Of a stretch of 64,000 nt of DNA, positions 1 through 13,007 are shown piece by piece. Below the pieces are notes generated by a model, which was given only the letters and a program-made list of their open reading frames with translations, was not told the origin of the DNA and searched no databases. Origin of the DNA: Dictyostelium discoideum (Eukaryota); assembly GCA_000004695.1 (NCBI GenBank), contig CM000150.2, forward strand, positions 4,832,001 to 4,896,000, in the 5' to 3' direction. A program made the translations under genes and the position numbers. Position 1 is the first letter of the stretch. Each line of letters begins with the position of its first letter.

Positions 1-2473
1 TTTGAAGTTTTCTTTGGTGGAGCCTTTGGTTTTGATGATACAACTACATCATCATCGAAATCAGAATCTGAATCTAAACTAACCAAAGTTGATTTCTTAA
101 CGGCTGGTGTTGGTTTCTTATCTTCTTTAGCGAAAAAAGATTCAATTGGTTTTGTATTTGAAGAGGTTGTAGTAGAGGTTGAAGTTGAAGTTGTATCATC
201 AGACTTCTTTCTTTTTGAACCAGAAACATTTGAATCGGTGGTTGTTGGAATTTTAACGGTTGGTTTAACCAATTTAGTTAATGGAGCTTCTTTTGTATCT
301 TTGACAACTTTAGCAGAGATTTTCTTTGCTCTTGGAAGTGCTTTGGTTTTAGTTCTCTTTTTGAGGGATTCAGTTTGATTTTTGAGTGATTCATCATAAG
401 CATCTTGATCATCCAATGCTTTTTCCAATGCATCCAAATCTCTTTTGTAAATCTCTTGAATTGGAGTACTGAGTAAGATATCCCATTCCTTCTTTTTGGA
501 ATCTCTTTCTTCGATTAATTTTTTAACTCTTTCCAAAGTAAGACTCCATAATGGTAAAGATAATAAATAGTCATAACCTTTGGTATCATCATCTTGTTCC
601 TCTTGAGCACCATCTTTCTCTTCATCGGATGAAATTGCAGCATCTTCTTCATCGAAAGCATTCTTCTTTTTCTTTATTTTATCTCTAGCGGATTTATTAG
701 AGTTTTTGTTTATAATTCTATCAAACTTCATTTCCTTTAATTTGTTAATGAGATCAACTTTTTTAACATTTGAAATTACCAATTCCTTATTTACAACGGC
801 TAAAATGAAACGAGCTTTATTTGAAAGACGAGAATATTCTTCAGAGAGACGCTCAGAGAGGAAATCTTTTCTCATTTGATAGTGTTTGATTCTTAATGGG
901 AAGAAATGTTCTTGTAAGGCAGTGGTGGTTGCAAATCTTTGAATACGACCTTCTTCATCGAATACTACCATATTGGTTTCATTAATTGTGGAAACGAGTT
1001 TAAAAACTTTTTCAATGTTAATTTCATCGACTGGTTGAATGGTGTCAATAATGAAATGAATAGTTGATTCAGAGGAGTAGTTGGTATATGATTTAACGGT
1101 TGCTTCAGTGACTTTTTCATTATCATCATCATCATCGACTCTCTTTGATCTCTTTGTAGTGGTTGGTTTTGCTTTAGTACCTTTTCTACTAGCAGCCTTC
1201 TTTTCTTTCTCTTCTTTCTTTTTCTTTCTAGTACCTGGAGTTTCTAATTCATCCAAGAGTTCTCTATAATCTTGAGTCCAAAAACCAATTGGTAACTCTG
1301 TGATTTCAAATCTATTATCGGATAATTTTTTCCAAATACCTTTGGAAAGATATTGACCACCTTGTACTTTGGAACCTTGATTTGCTTCGATGGAACCAAG
1401 GAAACCTCTATACCATGGTTTGATTGGTTTCAATGGTTTACCATCGATTGCTAATCTCATATTTTGAATTAAATCTCTTGGATTATAATTTGGAATTGTA
1501 CTTGACCAACCTGTACCAATACCAACACAACCATTTACTAAAATCATTGGAATAACTGGAATATAGAATTTTGGTTGAACTTTTTTACCATCATCTACTA
1601 CACAAGATAGAATTGGATCATCATCGGCATGATAAACTGCTCTGGCAATATCGTTCAATCTGGTATGAATATATCTTGCACTTGAACAATCTTTACCACC
1701 TGCAATTCTAGTACCATAGGAACCTGCTGGATTTAAAAGATTGATATTATTTGAACCGACAAACTCTTGAGCCATACCAACGATGGTAGAATATAAACTT
1801 GCTTCACCATGATGATATGCAGAATGTTCAGAGACGTAACCAATCAATTGAGCTACTTTGATTTCTTTCTTTAGATTTCTCTTGAAACAAGAATAGAGTG
1901 TTTTTCTATGTGAAGTTTTTAAACCATCTACAATGTTTGGAATGGATCTTTCACAATCGGCAATAGAGAACAATACCAACTCTTTATTGATGAAATCAGA
2001 GTATGTTAATTTCTTTACACCAAATTGTTCTAAAAAAGTGCCTTCAATATGTTCTGCCATCCATTTCTTTCTATCATCAGCTCTAGACTTTGAAAATGCT
2101 AATTCAATATTATCATTGGCACCTTCATCCCATTCGAAATCGATTTTATGTCTCTCTAAATCAGAGAAATACTCTTTACCTTCACCTGGTGTACTTGTAC
2201 CCAAACCCTTGTAATATTTGACATCCCAACCTTTATCATTGGTTTCTCTCCATTTCAAAAATTCTGGCATTGTATAAAATGAAATTGGTTTTTGATTATT
2301 CTTAAAAACTTTAACAATTGGTGTAATAAATTCAACTAAAAATCCTGGCATTCTTAATAATGTTGGCCAAAAATGATGAACCATATTAATAATTAAACCT
2401 TTAATATGTGAACCATCATGATCCTATTATTTTTTTTAAAAAATAAAAAATAAATAATAATAAAATGTTAAAT

Positions 2474-2516
<43 letters not shown>

Positions 2517-4350
2517 TACTTACTTGATCAGTCATAATCATTAAATGACCATATCTTAAATCTGAAAGAGTTTCATAAACTTTACCATATTTTAAACCAA
2601 GAATTGTAACAATATTATTGATTTCATCATTATTGATAACTTTTGTACTTTGATCTCTAACATTTAATAATTTACCTTTGAGTGGGAAAGCACCATAATG
2701 ATCTTTACCAACTACAGAAATACCAGCAGTAGCTAAAGATTTAGCACTGTCACCTTCTGTTAAAATGAGTGTACAATCTTCAGATTTTGTTCCACCAGCT
2801 AAATTGGCATCATCTAATTTTGGAATTGAAACTTTACCTTTTTTACCACCACTTGATGTCGATCTTTTGAGAGCACTTTGATCTTTAAATTGTGCAAACT
2901 CGAGAATTGAAGCGACAATACCTGATTTTGAATCTAATACTCTTTTAATGAATTTTTCAGATGGTTCACAACGAGAACCAAATGAAGAGATCTTTGATGT
3001 GAGAGTTTCTTTGGTTTGACTATCGAAATGTGGGTTTTCAATTAAACAATTGACAAAGACTGATAAATGATTTTTAATGAAAGCTGGTTTAATATCTGCG
3101 GAACCTTTATTCTTTTTATTTACTTGTTCTTGAATGGCGGTAACGATATTACTAAGAGCATGAGTTACATGTGTACCACCTTTGACTGTACAAATTGAAT
3201 TTACAAAACTAACTTGATTGAATTGACTCTCCTTTGAGAGAGTGACAGCAAGTTCCCATCTATCACTAACTTTTTCATAGTAAACTTTTGGTGCATTCTC
3301 TTCATCTGGAAAATAGAGATTAATATATTTTTCAAAGGATCTAATACCCAACTCTTCGTCGTTGAGGGAAACTTTAAGTGTTGGATTACAACCGGCAATA
3401 TCATAAACACGTTTGGAGAGTAATGCAACCAAATCATCATCAAATTCAACCATACCAAAACGATCGAGTTCTGGATAAAAGGTAATCTTTGTATAATCGG
3501 TTTTATTTTGATATGAGGTGATCTTTGGATCCTCTTTGGAACGCATGTTATTAGTGAAGGTTTGTTTATACAATTTCTTTGACTTTGAATCGGCACACTC
3601 TACAATGAATTTAGTACTGAAAATATTGGCCAACTTTGCACCGAAACCATTACGACCACCAGTTAATCTCTTTTCAGAGTCATCATAATGGCTACTTGTT
3701 AAGAGATTACCAAAGATTAATTCTGGAATGTAGATTTTATGTTCACTATGAACTTGAATTGGGATACCAGCACCATCGTTTGTAACCGAGATAAATCCCT
3801 TTTCTCTATCAATTACGACCTTGATGAATTTCATATTACCTTCTCTTTGTTTATTATCGGCAGCATTTACTAAAATTTCATCGAAAATCTTATAAATACC
3901 TGGTACGAATGATACCTTTCTATGTACCATTCTTTTGTCTTCCCATACCCAAAGTTCTTCTTCTTGTCTTTCAGTGGAACCAATATAAGTATCTGGACGT
4001 AAGAGAATTTGATCGAGTAATTCTTTCTTTTGATAAATTTCTTCAATTGATTTACCTTTTTTAGCACTAGATGCAATATTTTTAAATACATTTTCATTAT
4101 CTGATGAACTTGATTTATCATCTCCACTAAAATCATCATTATCTGATTCACTTTTCTTTGATGTTGTTGATTTTTTCGTGGTACTTGTGGTTGTAGTTGT
4201 TGCTTTCTTTGCTGCTGGCTTTCTTGTTGCTGATGCTTTTTTCTTACTACCTGCTGCTGCTGGTTTCTTTGGTGCTGATTTACCTTTTTTTACTGGTGAT
4301 TCATATTCTGATCCACTACTTTCATCACTATAATCATTTTCTGAATCAGA

Positions 4351-4353
<3 letters not shown>
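1..4353 (-). CDS. top2: DNA topoisomerase II (type IIA, nuclear form), 3'-partial (C-terminus runs off the left edge). Exon 1 is 2524..4353 (610 aa, ATG at 4353..4351). The intron is 2424..2523 (GTAAGT...AATAG). Exon 2 is <1..2423.
   Basis: Minus-strand translation gives MSDSENDYSDESSGSEYESPVKKGKS... followed by the GHKL ATPase region (FDEILVNAADN, VTNDGAGIP, GGRNGFGAKLANIFS). Exon 2 continues DHDGSHIKGLIINMVHHFWPTLL...CERSIPNIVDGLK..IGYVSEHSAYHHGE..GSYGTRIAGGKD..PKFYIPVIPMILVNG, all canonical Top2 motifs. The exon-2 frame is open with no stop down to position 1, which is why the ORF finder did not list it. The A/K/S-rich N-terminal extension suggests the nuclear rather than the mitochondrial isoform. 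Confidence 0.93.

Positions 4354-4412
<59 letters not shown>
4354..4412. promoter_or_regulatory. Homopolymer dT59 (dA on the coding strand) directly abutting the top2 start codon. Comparable tracts abut many starts in this window, as is typical of this genome.
   Basis: cat + ttttt... from 4354. The ORF finder translated it as poly-Lys. Confidence 0.6.
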
Positions 4413-4421
<9 letters not shown>

Positions 4422-4980
4422 TAACAAACACAAAATTAAATTAATAAAAAAAAAAAAAAAACAAATAAAAAAAAGATAGAAATAATTATAAAAAAAAAAT
4501 TATTTGACAGAATATAAAATAAATAATAAAAAAAAAAAAAAAAATTTTTGTTATTTTTTCATTAAAAAAAAAAAAAATTTGTGAATGAAAAAGAAAAAAA
4601 AATGGCGCCAAAAATAAAAAATATTAAGAAAAATGAAAATTCTTTAAAATTAAAAACTTAAAAAACGATTAAAATAAAAAAAAAAACAACATTCGCTCTA
4701 TAATTCAAAAAAATAAAATAAAAATTAAGTTAAAATAAAAAAAACTCATTGCATTATTATTAATAATTAAAAGTTAGGTAAATCTAAAAATTATAAATAA
4801 AAAAAAAACAAATGTTTTTCTTTTGTTTATTTATTTTTTATAAATGTTTAATGTTAATCTTTCTTTTTTTTTTATTTTTTATTTTTTATTTTTTTTTTTT
4901 TTTTGAAATTCCAAATTAAGATGTTACTAAATAATCTAAAAAAAAAAACCAATAAAAATACAATTTGGAATTCTATTAAA

Positions 4981-5018
<38 letters not shown>

Positions 5019-5025
<7 letters not shown>

Positions 5026-7376
5026 TGATTTGATTTTTTTAAATAATTTAATAAAAATACATTTTCAATTTTTTCATAATCATATGAATAATTGAATGAA
5101 TCTTTTAAAAATTTAGCCAATTCAATACTACCATTTCTTTGAGATTCAGTAATGATAATTTCTTGGTATTGTTTAGTTGAAAATAGTTTTTTATAAGATG
5201 ATAATAATTGAAATCTATCATTTTGACAAGCATATTTAAAGAAAATTTTTCCTAAAGTATTTTTTATAGCCAAAACTTCGTTTCCCCCCTTTTTTTTATT
5301 TTCAGGAGTAAAAGAAATAATTCTTTTAATAATTAATTGAAAAGATATAAAATCACCTCTTTTACCAAGTTCCATTAATAAAGGTATTAATTTTGATATT
5401 GAAAAATTGAATAAAAAAAACATTGGTAATGTTGAAAGTCTAGATTCAAAACCACCTTGAAAATAATGATATAACAATGGAGGTTCATTTGAAAAACTTG
5501 GATCAATACCAAAACTACATCTACCAGATTCGATATCAGATTTCTTTGAATTCATTAACCAATGTATAATTTGATAATAATCAGGTCCAATAGAATTTGA
5601 ATCAAAATAACAACGATATAATTTATTGGATGGAGTTGATTCAACAAAGAATTTATAAGTTTCAAATGAATTATAAAGAAGAGCAGGTTGATTAATATCT
5701 GCAATTTTTAATGGTAACCAAATGTCGACTTCACGATAATGTTTTAAAAAATCATCAATATTTTTATAAATAAAAGTATATGCAGTAATTGTTAAAATCA
5801 TATTTGGCCATTCTTCAATTGATTCTATTGTTTGTTTATATTGTTTTTCATAAAATTCTTTATAATGATTTAAAATTATTAAATTAAATTTACAAGAATA
5901 AGTTATTAAATAATAAATTGGTATCATTGGTAGTGGTGATAATCTATTATAAAGATAATCAAAAACTTTAACTGATTTTGATTTACATAAACTAAAAAAT
6001 TGGATATCAATAGATTTAAATTCTTTTTCTTGTAATTCTTGATATTTATTAAACATAAACTCAATTAATTCTAATTCATCGAAAATTATTAATTCATTTA
6101 AAAGTTGTTGAATTGTAAAATTTTTAGGATTTGATGGATTTTTTAAAATTTCTTTTAAAACTATAGAAATATATTGAAATTGTAAGATTTTATCATATTT
6201 AAAATATTTAAATGGGAAAAGTAAAGAATCATGCCAAATTAATATATCTTGAAAATCTAAAACTATTGATTGGTCAATTGAAAATTGTGAGAATTTACAT
6301 TGATATTTTTTAAAATAAAATGAAATATTATCTTTATAAAAATTATTTCTTAATGATAATGATGAAAAGAAAGAGATTTCAGTCAATTCCTCTGTGAATG
6401 GTATTAAATTTAAAAATAATTTTTTAATATTTCCATTATATTCATATGAATTAAATAAGTAAATTTTAGTTGTTAAATCATTTTCATTGAATTTCATTTC
6501 ATCCAATTCATTTAATGTTAATAATGAAAAGTTTTCATTATTTACAATATTACAATTTGATTTTCTTTCAATCTCTAATAAATTGAAAACATTTTTAATT
6601 TTTAAAATTGTATAATTTGATTGTAACAATTGCAATAAATTTATATTTTCAATTTCAATTGGGTATAACCAATTTAATAATTCTGGTATCTCTTTAACTG
6701 GTTGGTCAATTTTTAATTGATTTAAAATAAAATCAATACTCGAATTAATTAAAAAAATTCTATTTTCATCATTAGTGTCACTAATATATTCTTTAAATTC
6801 AATTAATATTTCTTTCCAAAAATTATCAATATTAAAATTACTTTTTGAAATTAATTTAAATTTATCATTAATAAAATTTGAAATTTTAAATGAATTATTA
6901 ATAATTGATAATTTAAATAATTTATATAAATTATCATAATCATTTAATAATAATGATTCTTTATAATCTTTTAAATAATTATTATCATCATCATTATCAA
7001 AAAATAATTTGAAACCAGTTAAACAATCACATTTAATTAATAATTGAATACATTCATTTGATGATGGTAAAAAGTAATCTTTATAATTTTCAAATAATTC
7101 TATTAAAAATTCTAAATCTTCATTTAATTCATTATGTTTGAATATTAATTCTAAAGCTGATGGATTTCCAATTTCTTTAAAAAAGAAAAGATGTTCACTT
7201 CTTTTAACTTTTGATTTTAAAAGTGATGCATATTTATTTTTAATCATCCATTCAACACTAATAATTTCTTGATAACTATATTTATTATGTTTTGATTCAT
7301 TTTCATCTTTTATAAATCCTAATATTTTATTTAAAAGAAATTTATTTTTAAAAACTTTTGTTGTTGGATTATTCAT
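5019..7376 (-). CDS. Hypothetical N/K/F/I-rich protein of 785 aa; no recognisable domain, apparently a single exon
   Basis: Uninterrupted 2358-nt minus-strand ORF (MNNPTTKVFKNKFLLNKILGF...LNYLKKSNQI). Codon usage and length are consistent with a real Dictyostelium gene. No motif recognised by eye. Confidence 0.5.
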
Positions 7377-7905
7377 TTTTTTTATTATTATTTTTTATTA
7401 TTTTGACAATAAAAAAAAAAAAGAAAAAAAAAAAAAGAAAAAAAAAAAAAGAAAAAAAAGTAAAAAAAAACAATCAAAAAATAAAAAAAAAAACAATCCA
7501 AAAATAAAAAAAAAAAATTTGTAAATGTAAAAAAAAAAAAAATAAATAATCAAAAAGTAATTGATTGACAATCTGGGTGGGAATATTGGATATTTATTTT
7601 TTAAATTATTATTTTTTTTTTTTTTTTTTTTTTGGATATGAAAAAAAAAAAAAAAAATTAGATAATTAAAAATAAACTTAAGCAGTAAATTTAACACAAA
7701 GTTTGACTAAATTTTTTTGGTTGGTTAGTTTGTTGAGTTATATTTTTAAATTAAATTTAATTTCTAAAGTAATATCTCTGAACTTACTTGACATTGAAGG
7801 CATTTTATTGCTATTTGATGCAAAAATCTTGTGATCTGGAGGTTTTACAATTGTTATTTTTTTAGCCATTTTATGTTTAGTTATAAAAATGATTGAGATA
7901 TGAAG

Positions 7906-7941
<36 letters not shown>

Positions 7942-8356
7942 CTAACAACGAAAAAAAAAAATATAAAAAAAATAAAAATTAAAAAAATAAAAATAAAAAT
8001 ATAAAAATATTATCCGAAAAAATAAAAATATAAAAAAAAAAATTGATCATCTATTTTTGAAAAGGTTTGGGTTTCACCAAATTTTTTATTTTTTTTTTTT
8101 TTTTTTTTTTCATCATTTTTATCTTGAATTGCACAATATTTATTTATTTATTTATTTAAATATCATTTTTATAAAAATAATTTTTAAATAAATAAATATT
8201 AAGAATAAATTATTTTTATTAAATAAATCTAATATATTTTTTTTTTTTTTTTTTCCTTAACATTTTTTAATTTTAAATTTTAAATTATTATTATTTTTTT
8301 TTTATTTTAATTATTTTTTTTTTTAAAATTTATTTATTATAATGATAATATTTTTT

Positions 8357-9439
8357 TTAATGTTTTTTTTCTTTTTTTGGGATTTCAGTACCCATAGTAC
8401 CACGATGAAGTTTTTGAATGACTTCACCAGAGATTGTAGAATCAATGATTGAGGAGACATCATCAGGAGTTACATAACCATACCAGTTACCTGGTGGGAA
8501 AACCAAAACGTTACCAGCATATTTATGACCACCGACATGAGAGGTACCAAATACTTGAATTTCTTTTTCCAAAGATCTTTCTTTAATTTGATCTCTTAAT
8601 TGATCGACTAAAATTGGACCACAATAACCACAACGTTGATCTTTTTGTTTATGAGTACAAATAAAGATATATTTTCCACTCAATTGTTCAACTTGAATTT
8701 CCATTGGGAATGTTGAAAGATCAATAGTATCATTATCTTGGAAATAGGTTAAAACTTTTTCCATAGTGTTTGGAGTTAATCCAACCAATTTAACCATTTC
8801 TGGGAAAATGATTACATCTAAGCTATCCTTATTCAATGGTTGAATATCTGTTGCATTGATAATTTGATTCTTTCTTGGATTATTTTCATACTTTTTCATT
8901 ACTTGTTGAAAACTTTCTAAAAGTGGTGTAGCACTATATAATTTAGCTGGCCATTCTTCACTTGGAATACCAGTACAAATAAAATAATGTCTATGATATG
9001 TCGAAATAGAATTATTTGGTGTTTCTCTATTTGAATCTACCATTTCTGGTCTTTTTTAATTTTAAAAAATAAAAAAAAAATAAAATAAAATAAAATAAAA
9101 AAAAAATGTTAATAAATTTATAAATTTTATTTTATTTAATTTAATTTATTATTTTTAAAAAACTTACCTGCAAAAGCCACATTTTGCGATTAATTCTTCA
9201 ATATCTAATATTTGTGGTTGTTGTCTTTGACCTTTATTAACATTTGAATTAGTTGATGGTTCTGGAGCTGGTGTTGGTGTTGGTGTTGATTTTGTAGTTG
9301 GAGTATTATTTTCTTGGACGTTAAATGATGATAAATTATGATTATTATTTGAATAATATCTAAATAAAAAGGTAGTCACTGCAACTGAAAAACCAATAGT
9401 AGCAGCAAGAGTTAAAATCTTTAAATTTTCTCTACTCAT
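8357..9439 (-). CDS. Sucrase/ferredoxin-like (Apd1/Aim32-type thioredoxin-like ferredoxin) family protein, 321 aa. Exons are join(9168..9439, 8357..9050), with intron 9051..9167 (GTAAGT...AAAAAAG).
   Basis: Exon 1 reads MSRENLKILTLAATIGFSVAV...ELIAKCGFC with a phase-2 donor GCAG|GTAAGT. Exon 2 reads (R)PEMVDSNRETP...ICTHKQKDQRCGYCGP...FGTSHVGGHKYAGNVLVFPPGNWYGYV. The CxxC plus HxGGH pattern is typical of the Sucraseferredoxin-like family. Confidence 0.7.
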
Positions 9440-9837
9440 TTTTTTTTTCTGTTTTTTTTTTTTTAATTTACAAAATAATAATAATACAATAATATTTAAT
9501 TTATTTCGAATTGGAATTAAATTTTTAATTTAAAAAAAAAAAAAAAAAAAATGAAAAATGAAAAAACAAAAAAAAAAAAAAAAATAAAAAAAAATAGAAA
9601 AAAAAAACAATAATGAAAATATTATTATTATTATTTTTTTAAAATTATGGATATTTAAGTAAAAATTATTATTTTGATTAAATACTAACATTTTGATATA
9701 GGTTGAAATAAAATTGACTTGTTATGACAATAATTATTAGCTAGTAACGAGCTTACAATTTTTGTTTTAGAAAATTTTGAAACAAATGAAATCATTTTTT
9801 AAAAAAAAGTGAAAATGAAAAATAAAAAAAAAAAAGA

Positions 9838-10072
9838 AACGTTTTTAAAAAAAAAAAAAATAAAAATAAAAATAAAAAAAAAAATAAAAAAAAAATATAA
9901 AATCAACACACGAATTCAGGTCACTAATTTGTCAATAAACTATGATCATATAATTTGTTAGGATGTACAAAAATTTAAAAAAAAAAAAACGTTTCTCTTA
10001 AAGTTCTACGGAACGTTTGGAAGAAAAATCATATCTTCTGAAATCACAAAAAAAAAAAAAAATAACGTTTTT
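9838..10072. promoter_or_regulatory. Cluster of four AACGTTT motifs (two are perfect AAACGTTT palindromes) in the 5' flank of the ferredoxin-like gene and the 3' flank of the SLC4-like gene. Candidate cis element.
   Basis: gaaacgttttt (9838), aaaacgtttct (9988), ggaacgtttgg (10010), taacgttttt (10064). CpG-containing heptamers are strongly under-represented in the surrounding poly-A sequence. Confidence 0.25.
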
Positions 10073-10233
10073 TTAAAAAAAAAAAATAAAAATAAAAATA
10101 AAAATAAAAATACTTTTTCATTTCCCATCACATCTTGTTATTCAAAGATTCCATTATTTGAAAATTTAAATTCAAGATTTTTACTTTTTTAAAAAAATTG
10201 TTTAGAAAAAAAAAAAAAAAAAAAAAAATTTAA

Positions 10234-12540
10234 TTAATTATCTAATATATTTATTATAATTTTTTTAAAATATATTGGTAATAAATAATTTTTAATTGGA
10301 ATTAAAATTGTAAGAAATAATGGAAAGAATATTGTTAAATAAGGGTTTGGATAAAATGAGATAAAGCAAAATATAAGTAAACAAATGATTTGAAAAGTAG
10401 TGAATTTATGAATTTCCAATTTTGTACAATATCTAATCATATTTGAATTTGGTAGAAAAGTATTATCAGTTATTAATAATAATATTCTATACCAAAATTG
10501 ATTACCAACTGTTGCTTTCACACCTAAAAAGAAGAAAACACCATATAAAACTGGAATTGGAATATAAATTAAAATATTTGAAACCAAAAATATACAAATG
10601 AAAATTAAAAGATGAGAAAAGAAACCAGATGCACGAGTTTCTTGAACTGAAATGAAAATTTCTTTAGTTTCACCTGTTGAAGTATCGGTGAATGATTCAA
10701 TTGTAGCCAATGCTCTAACATGTAATGATGAATGTGGCAATGCTCCATGAAGCCATGGTAAACCAAGGAATGATAATACTATATTAATAAATGCAACTAT
10801 TAAAAGATCCAAATGGACACCACTCCATTTCTTTAAATTATGTGATGGTGTCGTAGCTAATGAGCATGAAATATTCTGATCTACAAAGTATAGTAATGAT
10901 AATAAGAAACCCAATGCCAAAGCTAAAAAATAAGCCCATACCGGTAACATTTTAATTTCAGTATTTAATAAATCATCTAAACCATGTGAAAAATGCTCAT
11001 CCTCCAGTGGTAAAAACACTGTCCAACGAATAGCAGATGATATTAAAACTCCTAAAAATAAAGCATAATCTGAAATTAAATTTCTAAATACACCATTGAA
11101 ATATTTTGTTTGATTAAAATTTGAAAGTTTAAAACAAATCCAAAGTGTACATAATGAAATTAGTAATGTGAAAACTGGTGTTTGATTTGTAAGTTGACAA
11201 TTATTATCACAACTATAAAGATTATCAATGAATAGAACTACTATTGGTTTTATACCATCATATAAGAATGCAATGGTAATAAAGATTGCAAATGTCTCTT
11301 CAATGAATCTTGATGAATATTTCATTAATCTACTTGCACCACTAATTGAATAAATTATTAAGAAAAACCCATTAAACAATCCAATCATTGAATATAATGA
11401 ATAAAAATCTAATCCATTCTCAATTGATATTGAATAAGTTATTTTTATAAAAATTGCCAATGGTGCTGTTGATAATAAAATCACCATTGGTTGACCTGAT
11501 AATAATGCAAATATCATACCACCAATTCCTTGAGCTATTATAGTTTTTGAAACTCCAAGTAATCCTTCAGTATTTGAATAATTTAAAACACCAAATGCAA
11601 TAGATGGTAATAAAATTGCAAAAAATAAAAATACCGTTGTTGATAATGTTTTTTGAAAACTTTTCCAATCTTTTAATCCATCTTTCCAATCTGATTTATA
11701 AATTTCAAAATCATATCTATATTTAATATCATTAATTAAATATTTAAAATTAAGTTTTGAATTTTCTTTATTATTAATATTAGTATCATCATTAATATCA
11801 TCATCATCATCATCATTATCATAATTTTCATGATCTAATCCATTTGAAACACTTTCAAGTGGTTTTAAAGATTCATTGTTTTGTTCTTTATAATTATTAT
11901 TATTCTTTATTGGCGGAATTAATTTTCTTTCAAATTGATTTTCATTATCATTTTCAATATTATTTAAAAATGTAACAAATGATTCGATAACTTCTTGTTT
12001 ATTTCTTGCTTGATGTAATTGATATTGAACTGATGGGTAAGAAATTGCTGATGAAAATGATTTTGCAATCTCTTCACTTGATTTACTTTGTTGAATTTGT
12101 GTTGGTCCAACAATTAATATTAAATATTCTAAATTATTTTTATTATTATTATTATTATTTTCATTATTATTATTATTATTATTTAATCTATAAAAACAAT
12201 ATGCATTTTCTTTTATATTATCTAGTGAACACCATAATATTAAATATTTTTCAATTTTAATATATTCTTTTAAACTATTTTTATTATCATTATTAAATAT
12301 ATTTGTTTTAAAAATATCCCTATTATTAATTTGATTTTTATTTTTATTTTTTATAAAATCATTAATTACATTATCATATAAAAAATATACAATATCAACA
12401 AGAGATTGTTGTTGTTGTTCGTTTGATTCTTGTTCAAAAAAGTATAAACAATCTTTTGATTGTTCTAAATCTAATTTTGACCTAGTATCTAACTTCCAAT
12501 TGATTGGTGAATGTTGAATATTTTTTTTTTCCACCAACAT
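10234..12540 (-). CDS. SLC4/BOR-family anion (bicarbonate/borate) transporter-like membrane protein, 768 aa, with an Asn-rich N-terminal extension of about 300 aa
   Basis: Single 2307-nt ORF with ATG at 12540..12538. The C-terminal 470 aa is polytopic membrane sequence. LLGVSKTIIAQGIGGMIFALLSGQPMVILLSTAPL and ...LPWLHGALPHSSLHVRALA... match conserved HCO3-transporter/Band3/BOR1 core segments. Confidence 0.72.
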   Translation of the reverse strand: MLVEKKNIQHSPINWKLDTRSKLDLEQSKDCLYFFEQESNEQQQQSLVDIVYFLYDNVINDFIKNKNKNQINNRDIFKTNIFNNDNKNSLKEYIKIEKYLILWCSLDNIKENAYCFYRLNNNNNNNENNNNNNKNNLEYLILIVGPTQIQQSKSSEEIAKSFSSAISYPSVQYQLHQARNKQEVIESFVTFLNNIENDNENQFERKLIPPIKNNNNYKEQNNESLKPLESVSNGLDHENYDNDDDDDDINDDTNINNKENSKLNFKYLINDIKYRYDFEIYKSDWKDGLKDWKSFQKTLSTTVFLFFAILLPSIAFGVLNYSNTEGLLGVSKTIIAQGIGGMIFALLSGQPMVILLSTAPLAIFIKITYSISIENGLDFYSLYSMIGLFNGFFLIIYSISGASRLMKYSSRFIEETFAIFITIAFLYDGIKPIVVLFIDNLYSCDNNCQLTNQTPVFTLLISLCTLWICFKLSNFNQTKYFNGVFRNLISDYALFLGVLISSAIRWTVFLPLEDEHFSHGLDDLLNTEIKMLPVWAYFLALALGFLLSLLYFVDQNISCSLATTPSHNLKKWSGVHLDLLIVAFINIVLSFLGLPWLHGALPHSSLHVRALATIESFTDTSTGETKEIFISVQETRASGFFSHLLIFICIFLVSNILIYIPIPVLYGVFFFLGVKATVGNQFWYRILLLITDNTFLPNSNMIRYCTKLEIHKFTTFQIICLLIFCFISFYPNPYLTIFFPLFLTILIPIKNYLLPIYFKKIIINILDN

Positions 12541-12849
12541 TTTCTAATGATTTTTTTTTTTTTTATTCCTATTTTGTATATCTATTTTTAAAAAAAAAAA
12601 AAATAAAAAAATAAATTTTAAAATGGTGGGTAAAAAATTTGTCAAAAGTGTCAATACTAAAAAATAATAAAAAAAAATAAAAAAAATCATTTTGAGATTC
12701 GTTTTTTAATTTTTAGTTGTCTAAAAAAAAAAATAAAAAAAAATAAAAAAATAAAAAAATATTATGCCAAATTTCCTCGTTTATTGTCCGAAAATGAAAA
12801 ATTGTTTAATTTATATTTTTTTTGGTGGTTAAATGTTTATGTTTTTTAA

Positions 12850-12892
<43 letters not shown>

Positions 12893-13007
12893 ATAATAAT
12901 TGGTAAAAAAATAAAAAAAAAAAAGTAGGATAAAATGTTTGTGGTGTTTAATAACACTTTTTTTTTTTTTTTTTATTTTACACTCAATTTTTTTAAAAAT
13001 TAAAATT

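Noticed and set aside
1081-2214. Plus-strand ORFs 1081..1269 and 1933..2214
   Set aside because: They are antisense to top2 exon 2, which is strongly supported by homology across the whole stretch. The peptides are low-complexity S/F/L-rich with no features.
3201-4424. Nested ORFs 3201..3596(-), 3870..4151(-) and 4197..4424(+)
   Set aside because: They are alternative frames or the antisense strand inside top2 exon 1. The last is a poly-Phe read of the dA/dT homopolymer at the top2 start.
7398-7697. 99-aa F/K-rich ORF (minus strand)
   Set aside because: It is a translation of A/T homopolymer intergenic DNA with no codon structure.
12006-12260. Plus-strand 84-aa ORF
   Set aside because: It is antisense to the SLC4-like gene's poly-N region (poly-Y artefact).
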